This document shows positions 25,651-38,884 of a DNA stretch of 64,000 nucleotides, piece by piece. The notes under the pieces were generated by a model, which did not search any database, was not told the DNA's origin, and saw only the letters and a program-made list of their open reading frames with translations. Within the stretch, counting starts at the first letter, position 1. Each line of letters starts with the position of its first letter. The stretch comes from Mytilus trossulus. Taxonomy: Eukaryota. Position numbers and translations under genes: made by a program. The stretch covers positions 9,052,001 through 9,116,000 of the forward strand of contig NC_086386.1 of assembly GCF_036588685.1 (NCBI RefSeq), written 5' to 3'.

Positions 25651-26469
25651 TCTTAACATGCATTAAGATGGAAATATGTGCTCCCGTAAACATGTGCACG
25701 TAAAATGCATGCATGATCCGACATCGAAGACTGGTACAAAAATAAACAAAAAGTTATCGTGTTTTCTGATCCATACAAATGCTTTGTTCATAGGTCTCCC
25801 GGGATCACGTTTCATCAACATTTTATATTTGATATACAGGTTAATAATTTATTGTTGAAGAAACATGATATTTTATATTAAAGATAAACGGTATGTACCT
25901 GTAATTTAAGTTACTCAAACCCGCACAAAAATCTTAATTAATATATTAGGTATCCCAAATAAAGAAATCAGCATTATAATTTTTTTTATACAGATACTGT
26001 TTTTGATGAGGTAAATATGTAATTTTATTGACTTTTGAAAAACTGATATTCACTGAGGTCAATTAAACTACATATTTACCGAAACGAAAGACAATAATTG
26101 ATTAATTCCATATTCAAAGAGAAATGTATGTAATGGCAATTACTTACCAAACCAGATACGCATCAAACGTTTTTAACCCAAATTATACACGTAAAAGCAG
26201 GCGTCGGTTTGCGCGGAGGGTATACTTTTCCTGCATGTGAATATGTTTATTTATTCAAAATCTCATTCATATAGAACAACCTACTACATTATGTGCATTT
26301 ATAGACAAATACTTGAAAAGCTTTAGGTTGAGTGAGAATTTATAGCATTATTCAACCTTAGCTTGATTAAGAAAAGATAGCAGAAGGACATTTAAACTCA
26401 TAAATTAACCCTTTTAAGGTACAACTGATGTATAAGCAGTTGTCTTAGTCTTGGATCAATTTCCTTCTG

Positions 26470-27342
26470 GGCCGTTTTGTCTTATGTTAATCCTATGGGG
26501 AAAAAGTAATCTCCTGAGAGGTAGCCTCTCGATGTGAGGCTAATTTCTATGACGTCATTTTGTACAACGATACCAAAGAAACAAACATAGAGTTTATCAA
26601 TCATAATTATCTGCAGAGCAATGCTGCATATCAGCCGCTACAACACATTTTGGAAAGGTAGCCTCCCGATGTGAGGCTTATTTCAAATGACTTAACATGA
26701 TAAAATTCATGATTTAAAAATTTCACCCCATAAATTTTCAGAAACACAATATTAATTAACGCCATTTACAATTTGATGAATTCAAAAGAACAACATTTTT
26801 TTTTCAATATGGCGGATTTATTGACACGTAACAATATGTTGAAGAACAGGTTGAAACACGCTTTTCAATATTGATTTAATAATCTTGTTTTCACAGCTTA
26901 ATCGTGTCAAGCCGCAAGTGAATAATATGAGAAACACATATGATATAATACTATAGGCATGTCTCTGCTAATACACTCTAAGATGGGTTTTTCTGTATGT
27001 CTATTAATAGACTGGAAATTTTCATCAATTTTAAAGAAAAAAATGTATCATATACGTATCCATAATAAAAACACACGTACTTTAAGTAACACGTTAAAAT
27101 GACCTTATCTCCAAAGAAATTAAATAATTTAATTAATCAATGTCATAATACCTCATAGCGTTGCAGCTGCGGCGGTGGCAGCGTTTATGCTTCATTACTC
27201 TGCGAGTATGGTATACTACCTCTTTGGTATTTTCTTTGGTATCGTTAAACCAATTACGTCATAGAAGTAAGCCTCACATCGGGAGGCTACCTCTCAGGAG
27301 GCTACCTTTCCCCCCATAGGGTTAACATAAGACAAAATGGCT
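26470..27342. mobile_element. TIR element with about 110-bp inverted ends
   Basis: gccgttttgtcttatgttaatcctatggggg...cgataccaaagaaa versus tttctttggtatcg...cccccatagggttaacataagacaaaatggc; TSD not resolved. Confidence 0.7.
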
Positions 27343-28561
27343 TACAATCCCCACCTCCCTCACTACTAAACTGTCTCATTTAATATGTCATGTCTACACG
27401 AAACTAACAAGTCGAGCAAGATACATTTTGTAACCTAATTCAATTTGCGTAAAATTTATCAATATCTTACATTGCTTAAGCATTTGTATCATAATATGGT
27501 ATTACATGTATCATGTACGGTCTAGATGGTCTTTTAATGTTGTTTTTTTGTCTTTCCAATCGCATTTATTAGATATTGAGTAGTTCTTCATTTGAAAATG
27601 CAATTGTGTTTCATTTCAATGACAATTAAAGTAAACAGAATAGTTTCTAGAAATGTCAATCGTGTTTTTTGTATCTGAATATATTTATATACAGTCGAGG
27701 TTACGCAAATCTAGGGATAAAACATTTGCAGTCAAAACGAATTGATAGAATGATAAAATTTCAATTATTTAAAAATAAGTAATGAATTTGTTTTTCGAAA
27801 GCAAATAAAGATTTTAAAATTCTTACCAGAGGTTATTGTTTTTAACCTAGAACACGTAATGTCAACGTCGATATGAAAACTCAACAAGTATTTGAGAGCA
27901 CATACCTTTAATTCTTAGGTTTGTTCAATTTGTAAACGTTAACCAATCAATGGAGACTGCTTTAGATATTGATTTTTACACCAGGAGTTCGTTCATAAAA
28001 AATACATACAAAAACAGGAACATACACAAATGTAAATACCTTCGTTATGTCATCATATTTTGTCTATTTCGTTGTTTTTTATGCCGATATTCATATCATC
28101 ATGTTATATGGTTCGTTCCGTTTAATTTAGTACAACTCGAATAAACATTTTAAGTTCCTAGTCATTAAGATGTACAAAAGTCAAGAAAAAGAATATGTTT
28201 ATTTTCTATAAAAAGGATACATTTACATTTTTAAAATATGTGAAGTACAGCTAACAACAGATAGCAATAACATATGACTCCTCTAAAACATTATCGCACC
28301 GCGGGTAAATTAGTTGGAGAATTTTGAGGGCTGTTTCTATCAAAATGAACGTTCATTTTAGTGACAATAACCTGCAATGATCTACCAACTTATTTAAATA
28401 AAGACAATTACCCAGATATGACATAAGACCTAAAACTCAAAAACATGTGAATGTGTAAAGTTTAGGTTTAAGATCCTAGCCTCCCCCCTTATCATGTTGA
28501 TATGTTGACAAAACTAATAGCAAACCGTGAATTAAAAGAACATATACTTATGTGTATAGAT

Positions 28562-28688
28562 AATTAGTTATCAAAGGTACCAGGATTATAATTTAGTACG
28601 CCAGACGCGCGTTTCGTCTACATAAGACTTATCAGTTACGCTCATATCGAAATATTAAAAAGCCAAACAAATACAAAGTTGAAGAGCA
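28562..28688 (-). repeat. Partial 334-nt-family repeat with a mutated hammerhead (28598-28641)
   Basis: Reverse complement gagcgtaaCTGATAAgtcttatgtagacGAAAcgcgcGTCtggcgt; core G8 changed to A. Confidence 0.75.
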
Positions 28689-28983
28689 ACTATTTAAGGT
28701 AGCACAATACAAAGATGTTATATCTCCAATTCCCCAGTTTTAAAGTGCTGTAACTTTCTTTATATTGCTTGAAAATTTATAAACGTGGTATTTATGGATA
28801 GCTAATTAACTAGTTACTCTTTCAAATTAATGCAATGTTGGTATTATACAACAATAATGTATTCAACTATCATGTTAACTTTGTCTACAAAATTTTACAA
28901 GAAATTTCCACTTTTATTTCGTTAAAATTTACTGTATAGTTAAAGACTTCATTCAAGTGAACTGAACACAATTTTGCCATTTA

Positions 28984-31400
28984 TTAAAGTTGAGAATAGA
29001 AATGGGGGGTGTCAAAGAGACAACAATCCGACCATAGAACAGACAACAACAGAAGGTCACCAACATGTCTTCAATGCAGCGAGAAATTCCCGCAACCGGA
29101 GGCGTCCTTCAGCTTGCCCCTTAACCAATGTATATACTAGTTCAGTGATAATGAACACAATACTTAACTCCAAATTGTATACACAAGAAACTAAATTCAA
29201 AAATAATACAAGACTAACAAAGGACAGAGGCTCCTGACTTGGGAAAGGCGCAAAAATGCGGCGAGGTTAAAGATGTTTATGAGATCTCATCCCTCCCCAT
29301 ATTCCTCTAGCCAATGTAGAAAAGTAAACGCATTACAATACGCATATTAAAATTCAGTTCAAGAGACATCCGAGTCTGGTGTCATAAGACGTAACCAAAG
29401 AAAATAAACAAAATGACAACAATACATAAATAACTATAAAGTATTAGCAGTTAACTGACATGCCAGCTCCACACTTCAATTACAGCTTTTACATTAATGC
29501 TAGCAAGACAAATCTTTGTTTGACTTGCTTGCTTTGCTTGTATCAATGTTTGCTCAAGCATGGCAATTAAGATAGGCGGGGCTTCAGCTTGTATACATGT
29601 ACATCATACTTAAATTTTATTGGACGTTATGTTTGAAGTTAAGAACAGTCACACTAAATTTTAAAACATCACAAGATGACAAATATAAAGCGCAATCGTA
29701 GAAATGGAAGCCAAAAATTTGTATTTGTTTTTTTTCTTCTCGAAGACAAGCATTTTTTCATCATCCAACTGAAAAGACTGTCGTCAAGTACTTTTAGTAA
29801 AACAAAAAAAACGATTCGAACACACCTACTCTGATTTCGAGTGATTTATTACAAAGGTATTTCATTTGACCCATATATTTCATCTTTTAGTACTGTGATT
29901 TTTTCATGTTATAACGTCAATCTGTAGCTTTGCTATATAAACATGATAGAATCTGAAGCGAGATGATGTATCAAACATTCTTTCTTTGTACGTTTTCAGC
30001 ACAAAATATTCATCTCAAACACACCTTAATAAAGAAAGTGCACTTGATTTTCTAATAAAAGGGATAAATTAATTAGGGGGGGATGATTTAATTATTTTAT
30101 TTATTATGTCTATTGTTATTGAATATTGCGCACTTTGGATTAATTTTTGCTTGTGAACCTTCAAACTGATTATTCTTTGTTTATAGAGGAGGCGAAAAGT
30201 GCTTTCTGTTATGTTTAGTAAGAAGTTTTTTAAAAGTGAATAGAAACAAATAAAATAACCATTTTCTTCTCAAATACGAGTGTTTTATTGTAAAAAACAA
30301 CCATTTGCATAAGTTTTTAATTTATCTATTACATAGTAAGCAGAACAGTTAAATATGAAGTCGACGACATGGTTATCTATCAAGTTGAATGACGAAAATT
30401 CTTCCCTTTCTTTAATTAATACAGACGGAGAACATATCAATCTATAAGTTTACTTATTTCTGTGTCTGTTCTTCCATTACGTGACTCAAGAAAAAAAATC
30501 AAAAAATTGGAAACAATTGTATCAAAAAGAGAAAATCGAGCGAACCTTTTTATGTAAGGGTGTGTTTGAGATGAATAATTTGTCTTAAAAACGCCCAAAG
30601 GAAGAACATTTGATACATCATCTCGCTTCAGATTCTATCATTTTTATATAGCAAAGCTACAGGTTGAATTTATAACATACAAAAATCACAGTACTAAAAG
30701 ACGAAATATATGGGTCAAATGAAATACCTATGTAATGATTCACTAAATCAGAGAAGGTGTGTTCGAATAGTTATTTTGCTTTTCTAAAAGTACTTGGCGA
30801 CAGTCTTTTCAGTTGGATGACGAAAATGCATATCTTCGAGAAAAAACAAATACAAATTTTTGGCTTCCATTTCTACGATTGCGCTTTATATTTGTCATCC
30901 TGTGATGTTTAAAATTTAGTGTCCTTAACTTCAAACATAACCGTCCAATAAAATTTAAGTATGACGTATACAAGCTGAAGCCCCGCCTATCTGAATTGCC
31001 ATGCTTGAGCAAACATTGATACAAGCAAAGCAAGCAAGCCAAACAAAGATTTGTCTTGCTAGCATTAATGTATTAACTGTAAACTGATTAAAAGATTATG
31101 TCTTCATCATATGAATATCAGACACAATCCTCCTCGTTAGGGGTTTAGTAGCATACCATCGTAACATATATGAGAAGAACATAACCCGTCTCATGCCAAC
31201 AACTGGTTTTTAAATAAATGTGTTTATCTCTGATGCAACGACCCTATAAGTGAATCAATATTGAAAACAAAATGTGCAATCTCTAATGACCTGACAACAG
31301 TATCGTAACTATATACCTTCTTAATAAGTATATTTAAAGATTTTTTTAGCTTCTGAGAAATATGAAATACATAAACGTATAAGAATTCTTCATGTTGAGT
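28984..31400 (-). mobile_element. Second copy of the 24720-25650 Penelope-like 3' region, split by a foldback MITE
   Basis: 28984-29482 and 31082-31300 are reverse-complement matches of about 24730-25645. Confidence 0.75.
29483..31079. mobile_element. Foldback-like MITE with about 545-bp TIRs and TA TSD
   Basis: 29483-~30028 is the reverse complement of ~30555-31079; TA|CAG...CTG|TA; removal restores cttcaattaaactga as in the sister copy. Confidence 0.85.
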
Positions 31401-33079
31401 TGTATTTACGAATGCTGCGTTTTATACCGATGATAAAATTTAGTAAATGGTTTGACTAGTTTGTGATATCGAAATCCCTGGTGTAATAATTTTTCAGTAA
31501 TACATAAATTTCTCTCATTAAAATCTAAAACATTGTTACATACACGAGCGAATCGTACAAGTTAATATATATAAACTCCGTATGATGGTGACATTTAAAT
31601 GACAATCAATAGATATAGAAAGATTCAAAAGTATCCTTCCTTCGAGGAACTTAGAAAACTGTATGTAGTAAGAAAATTTTTGATTCTATAAAATATGAAT
31701 GAAACCAAAAATAGTATCATTGTAATATAGAGCAGTTTGATAGACACCAAACTTGGTTAGTTTTGTGTAAACTAATATTACGAAAGACATATATGTCACT
31801 GAACACTCAATGTACATCCATGCTTGCATTATCTTTCCCTTGAAATAAAAAGCAGAATTCATACAGAACAATATAAAACTGTTACAATGACACAACTGAT
31901 CAAAGTGAAAATTTAAGATTATGGCATTTTTCTTGTTTTATAAAAAACAATTACTCTTTTATAAAAACCAATTACTCTTTTGAGAACGAAGAGGATGGAA
32001 TATGACGGCACCTCAAATATTACTTAGTCTTATGCTTACAGGATAAACATGGGAGCTTAAAAACGACCGAATTTCGTCGAAACCTTATATCCGTGATTGC
32101 ATAATTTGTAAGTAAAAACCTTGACATGTACTAAGAATAGATGTCCTAAATATGTATCTCGGTGTTAGTTTGTTAAAAGATTGTCAACAGCATGAGTCAC
32201 TTTTGAAATTTAAATGCAAAATGATTTGAATTTTTAAAGTAGTTCACAAACGCAATATAAATGAAACATGTACGTGTAGTTTGAAGAGATAGAAGATGAC
32301 GCACTTTTTTTTTCTTTTTTTTTGGTGTATGAATTCTATTCTATGAGATGAATTATCAAAAAAAGTAAAGAACTGTACAGTTTCGTATTTAAACTTCAGG
32401 AGTTGTTTTTTCTGTTGATTAAATTGATCACAATGAGATAATAAACAAGTTATTCTTAACTTGGTCCTTAAGAAGACAAATATGCCATCATTTGCTACAT
32501 GTATAAATCAATGACTTATCGATGCGTAGCACTATTGTGCAGTTTCGTATTTGGGAATTACGAGTAGTAATTAAATTCATTGGATTAATCACTTTGAGTA
32601 ATCTTTGACCTTAACCATAATTGGAAGAAAGGCCACGATAGTTATTTGCACTATTGTTACCACAATTCTGTATTTATATTTTAGTAATTGTTATAAGATA
32701 CATCAAATAACATAATCAGAAATCTAATCATCTTGATTTATATCAAATTTCTAGAAATTTACATTTGTCTGTGACGTTACTTTTTGTGTTTTAATGTATA
32801 CTGTCAAAATTAGTTTTTGTTAATCGTTCTTATTCTGTGGTTAACATGACAAAACTTACTATCATATTATTTATTTATGTATTTATCTGTTTTTGGTGAT
32901 CTTGCGTGTATATTTGTATTATATTGTCATTTTTGCGATATATTTTTTGGTTTTGCTATATATATAACCGTTAGTTACATTCAGCCATGATTATCACAAA
33001 GATATGAAACCGGTTGGAGAAAAATGTAGAGAGTTAAAGGACTTTTAGAGCATTTTGAAATTTTATTTTATTTATATAT

Positions 33080-33980
33080 ATGTTGGCATATCAATTGTAT
33101 GGTTTGTTACTTGTTTAGACTAGTCTGTATGATAAACTTGTGTCTAGTGACTATATAATGAAATTAATCATGATCCCATATAATATATAAACATGGTTGA
33201 GTTAGATTGCTGACAAATAAAATATACATTGTGTATAAAAAATACTATTATAACATCTACATAGGCTTAAAAAAAACACGTGTCTCATGTCTAGATTAGC
33301 CTTCCGTGACAAGGTAGCACTACGACTATTGAAGTTATATTTTCATATAGTGGATGTTGTCAAGTGGTCTAGAGCGCTGGACATGAGGCTAAGCGATTGG
33401 TGCTGTAGTTTATCAAAGGTGTGAGTTCGAATCCCGTCGAGGGACGGACACAAATTTATCAGTAGAAAATCTAACACTTACAATGTTTGATGTAATTTTT
33501 AGACTTATATAATATCTGTATTAACCATGTATCTCAATCACTCTGAAATCCAGTGGGCATATATATTGTATGGGTTGTCACTTGTTTAGACTTGTTTGTA
33601 TGATATACTAATTTCTAGTGACTTTATAATGAAATGAATCATGATCCCATAGGATATATAAAAATGGTTGAGTTAGATTACTGACAAATGAAAAATACAT
33701 TATGTATAAAGATAATAATATAACATCAACACACGCTTAAAAACATGTGTCTCATGTCTATCTCTAGATTAGCCTTCCGTTACAAGGTAACACTACGACT
33801 ATTGAAGTTATATTTTAATATAGCGGATGTGGTCGAGTGGTCTAGAGCGCTGCACATGATGCTAAGCGATTGGTGCTGTAGTGTATTAAAGGTGTGAGTT
33901 CGAATCCCGCTGTGGGACGAATAAAAATTTGTCAGTAGAAAATCTAACTCTAACACTGTTTGGTGTAATTTTCAGACTTA
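33080..33980 (+). repeat. Two ~473-bp tandem units, each with a tRNA-like Pol III A/B-box segment, ending in (TA)n
   Basis: tctagagcgc at 33368 and 33841; A-box TGGTCGAGTGG (about 33830), B-box GAGTTCGAATCC (about 33424 and 33896); both units end agacttatata. Confidence 0.75.
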
Positions 33981-33999
33981 TATATATATATATATATAT

Positions 34000-35669
34000 A
34001 TATAAATGTCTAAGAATATAACTTAAACACGCTAATTAATACAATAAGTTCTATTAGATACTAGATAGAAATACGCAATATTTCGCTTAATAATTTAGCT
34101 TCATTAGGCGTGTGCATCTCTCAAGGTGAAATCGAATGCATGACAAAAAATATTTTTGTAGCTTAATCTTCTTGTTCTTGTCTACGTATGAAGCTCCTTT
34201 AAATAGGAGCACCACCATGAGTTATGACGTATAAAGGAGGACATTTGGAGCCTGTATCGGTAACGATTAATGTGAGCATTTGCCTACCCCATTCCCCAGC
34301 CAGGCCGTGACGTGCCTTATTAACAGAAAGTTAACCTTTACCCAAACAAAGTACAATGCAATCAGATAAAACATACTAAACTCACACACTCACCTGATTC
34401 GCTCAGTCCTCAAAGTGTAAAAAAAGTGCAAAACTATATACATAAAATGAAACAAGGTCACCCCGGATGCCCCACAAATGCCGTGGCAAAATACGCTAAG
34501 GTAGTAACGAGGAATCGGTTAGGACACTGCCAAATGCCCTGCTGTATCAATGGTAGAGGAAAGCCGGAAATCCGACTGAAAAGGATTTGGAAAGAAAATA
34601 GTAAAAACACACAAAAATACTGAACTGAAGCAAAAGAAAAAGACCGAACAAACCTACTTGAATTTGAATACAAAGAAAAGACGGCCCATATAAATAAAAT
34701 CCCGTTTGTTGTTAGCTTTCATCCTGACCTGACAAATCTTTCATCAATTTCCACAAACACTGGCGTCTTATTGAAAATTATCCTTCCTTAAAAGAGAATT
34801 TTTCATCACCTCCCGTTATTGGGTACCGCAGACCCAAAAACCTGAAAGATATTCTAGTAACATCAAAAGTTCTAAACAGGCTATCAACAATCTGAGGTTA
34901 TAAACCATGCCGAAGGTGCAATTGTAAGTGCTGCAAAGTCGTCAACATCGGAACCCGATTCGTTAACAGTCACACAGAAAAAATACAACATATTTATAAC
35001 ATACAATTACAAAACGCAAAATTGAATTATGTTCTAACGTGTGGGACTTGCAAATTACAATATTTTGGTGAAACAGAAACACCATTTAACATCCGACTTA
35101 ATAACCACCGGTCATTTTTTACAAAAGAAAGAAACTGCCCAATTACAAGACAACTTTTAAGATCAGGACATGATTTTGAAAACGTCAAATTTCAAATCAT
35201 TGAGAAAAATCAAAATTGGGATACACAAAGAAGGCCAAAGAGATAGAGATTTTGGATGCACCAGTTACGAACTATTGAACCTGATGGACTCAATGTGAGT
35301 GACGAATAAAGGTTTAAAAGCAAATCAAAACCATAATTATCTTGAAATCAAACAAATTAATTTATAGAAATTCATACAATTTATCGAACATTTATAAATG
35401 TGTTAAACTTATATTCCAACTTTATGTACTTGTAGCAACACACATATTTTATGCAACATCAATAAATATGTTACAGTTTTCCTCAAATCTTGTATAGCTT
35501 AAGCTACAAAAATATTTTTTGTCATGCATCCGATTTCACCTTGAGAGATGTTCACGCCTGATGAAGTTGATTTGTTTAGCGAAATATTGTGTATTTCTAT
35601 AACAAATCTAATAGAACTTTTTAATGTATTAATTAGCGTGTTTAAGTTATATTCTTAGACATTTATATA
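34000..35669 (+). mobile_element. Penelope-like element (Neptune-like) with inverted pseudo-LTRs; RT mostly deleted
   Basis: 34000-34166 is the reverse complement of 35499-35669. Internal 34620-35300: PFVVSFHP..PPVIGYRRPKNLKDILV..C-x2-C/C-x2-C linker..YVLTCGTCKLQYFGET..RLNNHRS..FWMHQLRTIEPDGLN (GIY-YIG). Confidence 0.85.
35554..35592 (+). ncRNA. Minimal type I hammerhead in the pseudo-LTR (mutated mirror copy at 34073-34111, minus strand)
   Basis: acgc CTGATGA a gttga tttgt ttagc GAAA ta TT gtgt: stem I acgc/gtgt, stem II with G-U pairs, very short palindromic stem III. Confidence 0.6.
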
Positions 35670-35752
35670 ATTTTAATTCAGTATTTATTTTCACAAACTG
35701 ATCCTCGTTTAAATGGATTGAATGGTGATTGTTGCTATTTTTATACATTATA

Positions 35753-35958
35753 GGGTTAAAGAACATCAGCTGTTCCACATGTTAGTCAAACGTATTTTGT
35801 TTTAATATACTTTTTCACTTTTTTGGTCTTTTTGAAAATGTTGTTTGTGCTGTATCTAAACCCTTCTACAGCGAAATTTGTTTTACATGCACACGTATAA
35901 AAATTGCGGTTTTTATCCAACGCAATTATAGGTTTGAACGTAGTTTTCAATTTAGACT
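35753..35958 (+). repeat. Fragment of the 574-nt hammerhead repeat family
   Basis: Reverse complement of about 47103-47307. Confidence 0.75.
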
Positions 35959-35980
35959 TACATATATATTATATATATAT

Positions 35981-37760
35981 ACAATTCGGATAACAGATAT
36001 CCTTCTTCGGTAATAGCACGACGTAAAATAAATCATGTCAAATTATTCAAATTAAGACACTATCAAAATCTTGCACGTTTATACAATTTAAGCGGACTCC
36101 ACAGATGCTGGTGCAATTTTCAAATTTTCCAAACACGGCGCAAGGATTACAAAGATATGCCAAATACAAATAGTTATTTGCGATGTGAACTGGCACAACT
36201 CTAAATTTCCAAAGGTTTGAAAGTTTAGATGTGATAACTGCATGGAGGGCGGTCATCAAACAAAAAAATCAAAAATGCCCTAAGCGATACAAGTTGGTAT
36301 AATATTTCAAATTTGACAACGGTAGGGCAATTGCAACAGAAACTACATATTTAAGCCTCGCAAATAAATAGCAGTTTAACAATGATTAGAAAAATAAATT
36401 TCATCTAATAAGGTAAAAAATTGAATGTGGCCACGTACTTATACATCCATCACAAATGAATGGAGCCCTGAAATTTTAACTGGTAATATAAAAAAAATCT
36501 TCAAACTGTAAAGCCAGTACGGAAGCCGGAGTTACTGGAAACAAGTGATGACAATTTTTCATGTATGCCCTTTGGGGAAACTGTCCTTAACTTTCTTATC
36601 CAAAATCTTTCCCGAGCAACTCTGTCCACCTTTGACCAACCCTCGTTGTGGTCTATGATTGTGATGGTAATGTTTTTGAAATCAGCTTGCCCAGATGATC
36701 TCAAATGACGACATGCGGGTAGGTCGGGCTTACAAGTGTAGTCACTTCGATGACCATTCATGCGTTTGTTGAATGTCTGCTCTGTCTCGCCAACATATTG
36801 CATGCCACATCGACACTGAAGGAGGTATACAACATTCTGGGTTTTGCAAGTTACATTGCAAAATATAGTGTACACAGACCCAGTCGAGTGGCAAGTAAAT
36901 GTTTGAGTATTTAGGATTTGTTGACAAGTCAGACAACGTCTATTACCACATGACTTGCACCATCCTGCAGTTGAACAGCTTTTATTTGAGGAGACCTCAG
37001 CTCTTACAAAGAAGTCTTTCAGACTTGATGGTCTCCGAAAAGCTAAGCCAGGAGGATTGGGAAAGATCTTGGATAATTTAGGGTGTTTGGCAATAATAAT
37101 CAAACGTGAAAGGTTAGTAAAGGCTGGATTGTATGTTTCAACAAACATAGGGTGACAGCTTTGGTAGGAAAAGTACTGATATTTATCTGTGGGTTTACAG
37201 TAGAGGTCCGTTGATATACCACCGTCCTTTATAGATGTGGTTGTGTCTAAGAAAGATATTTTAGAGTCTTAAATTTCAAACGTAAATTTTAATTCAATGA
37301 TCGGCGTTGTTTGCATGTTTGAAATCATCCAGTTTTTTTGTTGGGATTCAATCCATTTCATGTCAACATCATCAATGAAACGGAACCAAGACAGAGGTTT
37401 AGATAAAGATTGCAATAATTTGTTTTTCTAATTGCCCATGAAAATATTGGCGTAAGACGGTGTCATTTTCGTCCCCATCGCTGTCCCGTTTAAACATTCA
37501 GTAGGTGGTTCTAAAATAGTGCGCGAGTCCCATATTTCCCTACAAGATTGTATGGATCTTTTTCATTTTTAGCCATGGCGTTGTCAGTTTGTTTAGATTC
37601 ATGAGTTTGACTGTCCCTTTGGTATCTTTCGTTTCTCTTTTGTATGCCGTCATTATGAGGTATTTTGGTATACAATGAGTTGACATCTAAAGTGACAAGG
37701 AGGGTTTCCGAAGAAAGAGGGTTCATGGATTCCATTTTACGAAGATAATCTGTAGTCTTC
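35981..37760 (-). mobile_element. Penelope-like element (Neptune-like), internally deleted
   Basis: RT pieces [49 protein letters not shown]; GIY-YIG ORF 36501-37148; 3' region ends in a hammerhead remnant next to (TA)n at about 35962-35981. Confidence 0.85.
36501..37148 (-). CDS. PLE Cys-rich linker plus GIY-YIG endonuclease (fragment)
   Basis: AFRRPSSLKDFFV, CKSCGNRRCLTC, NVVYLLQCRCGMQYVGET, RMNGHRS, RERFWIRKLRTVSPKG. Confidence 0.8.
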   Translation of the reverse strand: MFVETYNPAFTNLSRLIIIAKHPKLSKIFPNPPGLAFRRPSSLKDFFVRAEVSSNKSCSTAGWCKSCGNRRCLTCQQILNTQTFTCHSTGSVYTIFCNVTCKTQNVVYLLQCRCGMQYVGETEQTFNKRMNGHRSDYTCKPDLPACRHLRSSGQADFKNITITIIDHNEGWSKVDRVARERFWIRKLRTVSPKGIHEKLSSLVSSNSGFRTGFTV

Positions 37761-37761
37761 T

Positions 37762-38880
37762 CAGATTAAACTGTTACAATCTTGAAATGTATACAAAATA
37801 AAAGTCAAAACGAACATCAGTTAAAACGCTTGCACCATTCTAAAAATTTATTATATGGCTTATTACAACAGAGGGTTCAAATACATGGTTTGAATACAAA
37901 TAATTATATGCGATATGAACTAGCACAATTCTAAAACTTTAACGGGAACGACAATTATGATGATACAATAATGATAACGTAAATAAAATTACCAAACAGA
38001 CAGCACTCGACGATCTAAATGTTTTAAATATTTTCAATTGACAGAGTTAAGTAGCGAAAACAGACTCTAATTATTTAAACATCGTGAAAAACAGCCGTTG
38101 AAATGTAATAATAAGTTTTGAATAGGTATAACTAGAAGAACGTGGCAGGGTTCTTATACATCCCTCAAAAAATTAAGCAATTTAAATCTTCAACAAATTA
38201 ACTTATTAGATGAGAAAGGTTAAAAAATAGAAACAGAAACTGTAATAAATATATATAACCTAAATGTGAAGCACTACATGAATTCGAACTACATCTTTTC
38301 ATTAATCCGATTTGGTGCCAAAGTTGTAAATTTTCTTATCCAAAATCCTTCCAGAGCGAGTCTATCCTCCTTAGACCAAGCAGAGGTGTGGGCAATGGTT
38401 GTAATGGTCAGTCGATTGAGACCTACCTTAGTGTGGCCAGTGGATCTCTGAGACTGAGAGGGAGGTCTGGCTTGCATTAGTAATCGCTACGATGGCCGTT
38501 TATTCGTTTGTGAAACGGCTGTTTTGACTCGCCAACATACTGTGGACCACATTTACACACTGTAAGAGATACACAACATTTGAAGTATTGCAATTAAAAT
38601 TGCATAATATGGTGTATTATGTACCAGTGGAGTGACTGTTAAAAATCTGTGTATCCAGTATTTGTTTGCAAGTCAGACATCGTTTGTTTGTGCAACCCTT
38701 GCAAGAACCCCTAAATGAAGAGCCTGCTCGGGAGGATAAGTCAGCTTCCACCAGCAAGTTTTTAAGGCTTTTGTGTCTACGGAAAGCCAGTACAGGTGGC
38801 TCGGGAACGATCTTGGATAGTTTAGGATGTTTTTCGATCTCTTTTCTATTTTCGCTGATTAGGTGAGATAAGTTGTGAAA
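37762..38880 (-). mobile_element. Second Neptune-like PLE 3' part (decayed GIY-YIG plus 3' UTR)
   Basis: HPKLSKIVPEPPVLAFRRHKSLKNLLV, CKGCTNKRCLTC, QYVGES, RINGHRS, LEGFWIRKFTTLAPNRIN; 3' UTR weakly matches 36047-36480. Confidence 0.8.
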
Positions 38881-38884
38881 AACA

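Noticed and set aside
33345-33445. tRNA gene (also 33822-33918)
   Set aside because: A and B boxes are present, but there is no consistent acceptor or anticodon stem and the two copies differ at many positions; treated as a tRNA-derived repeat.
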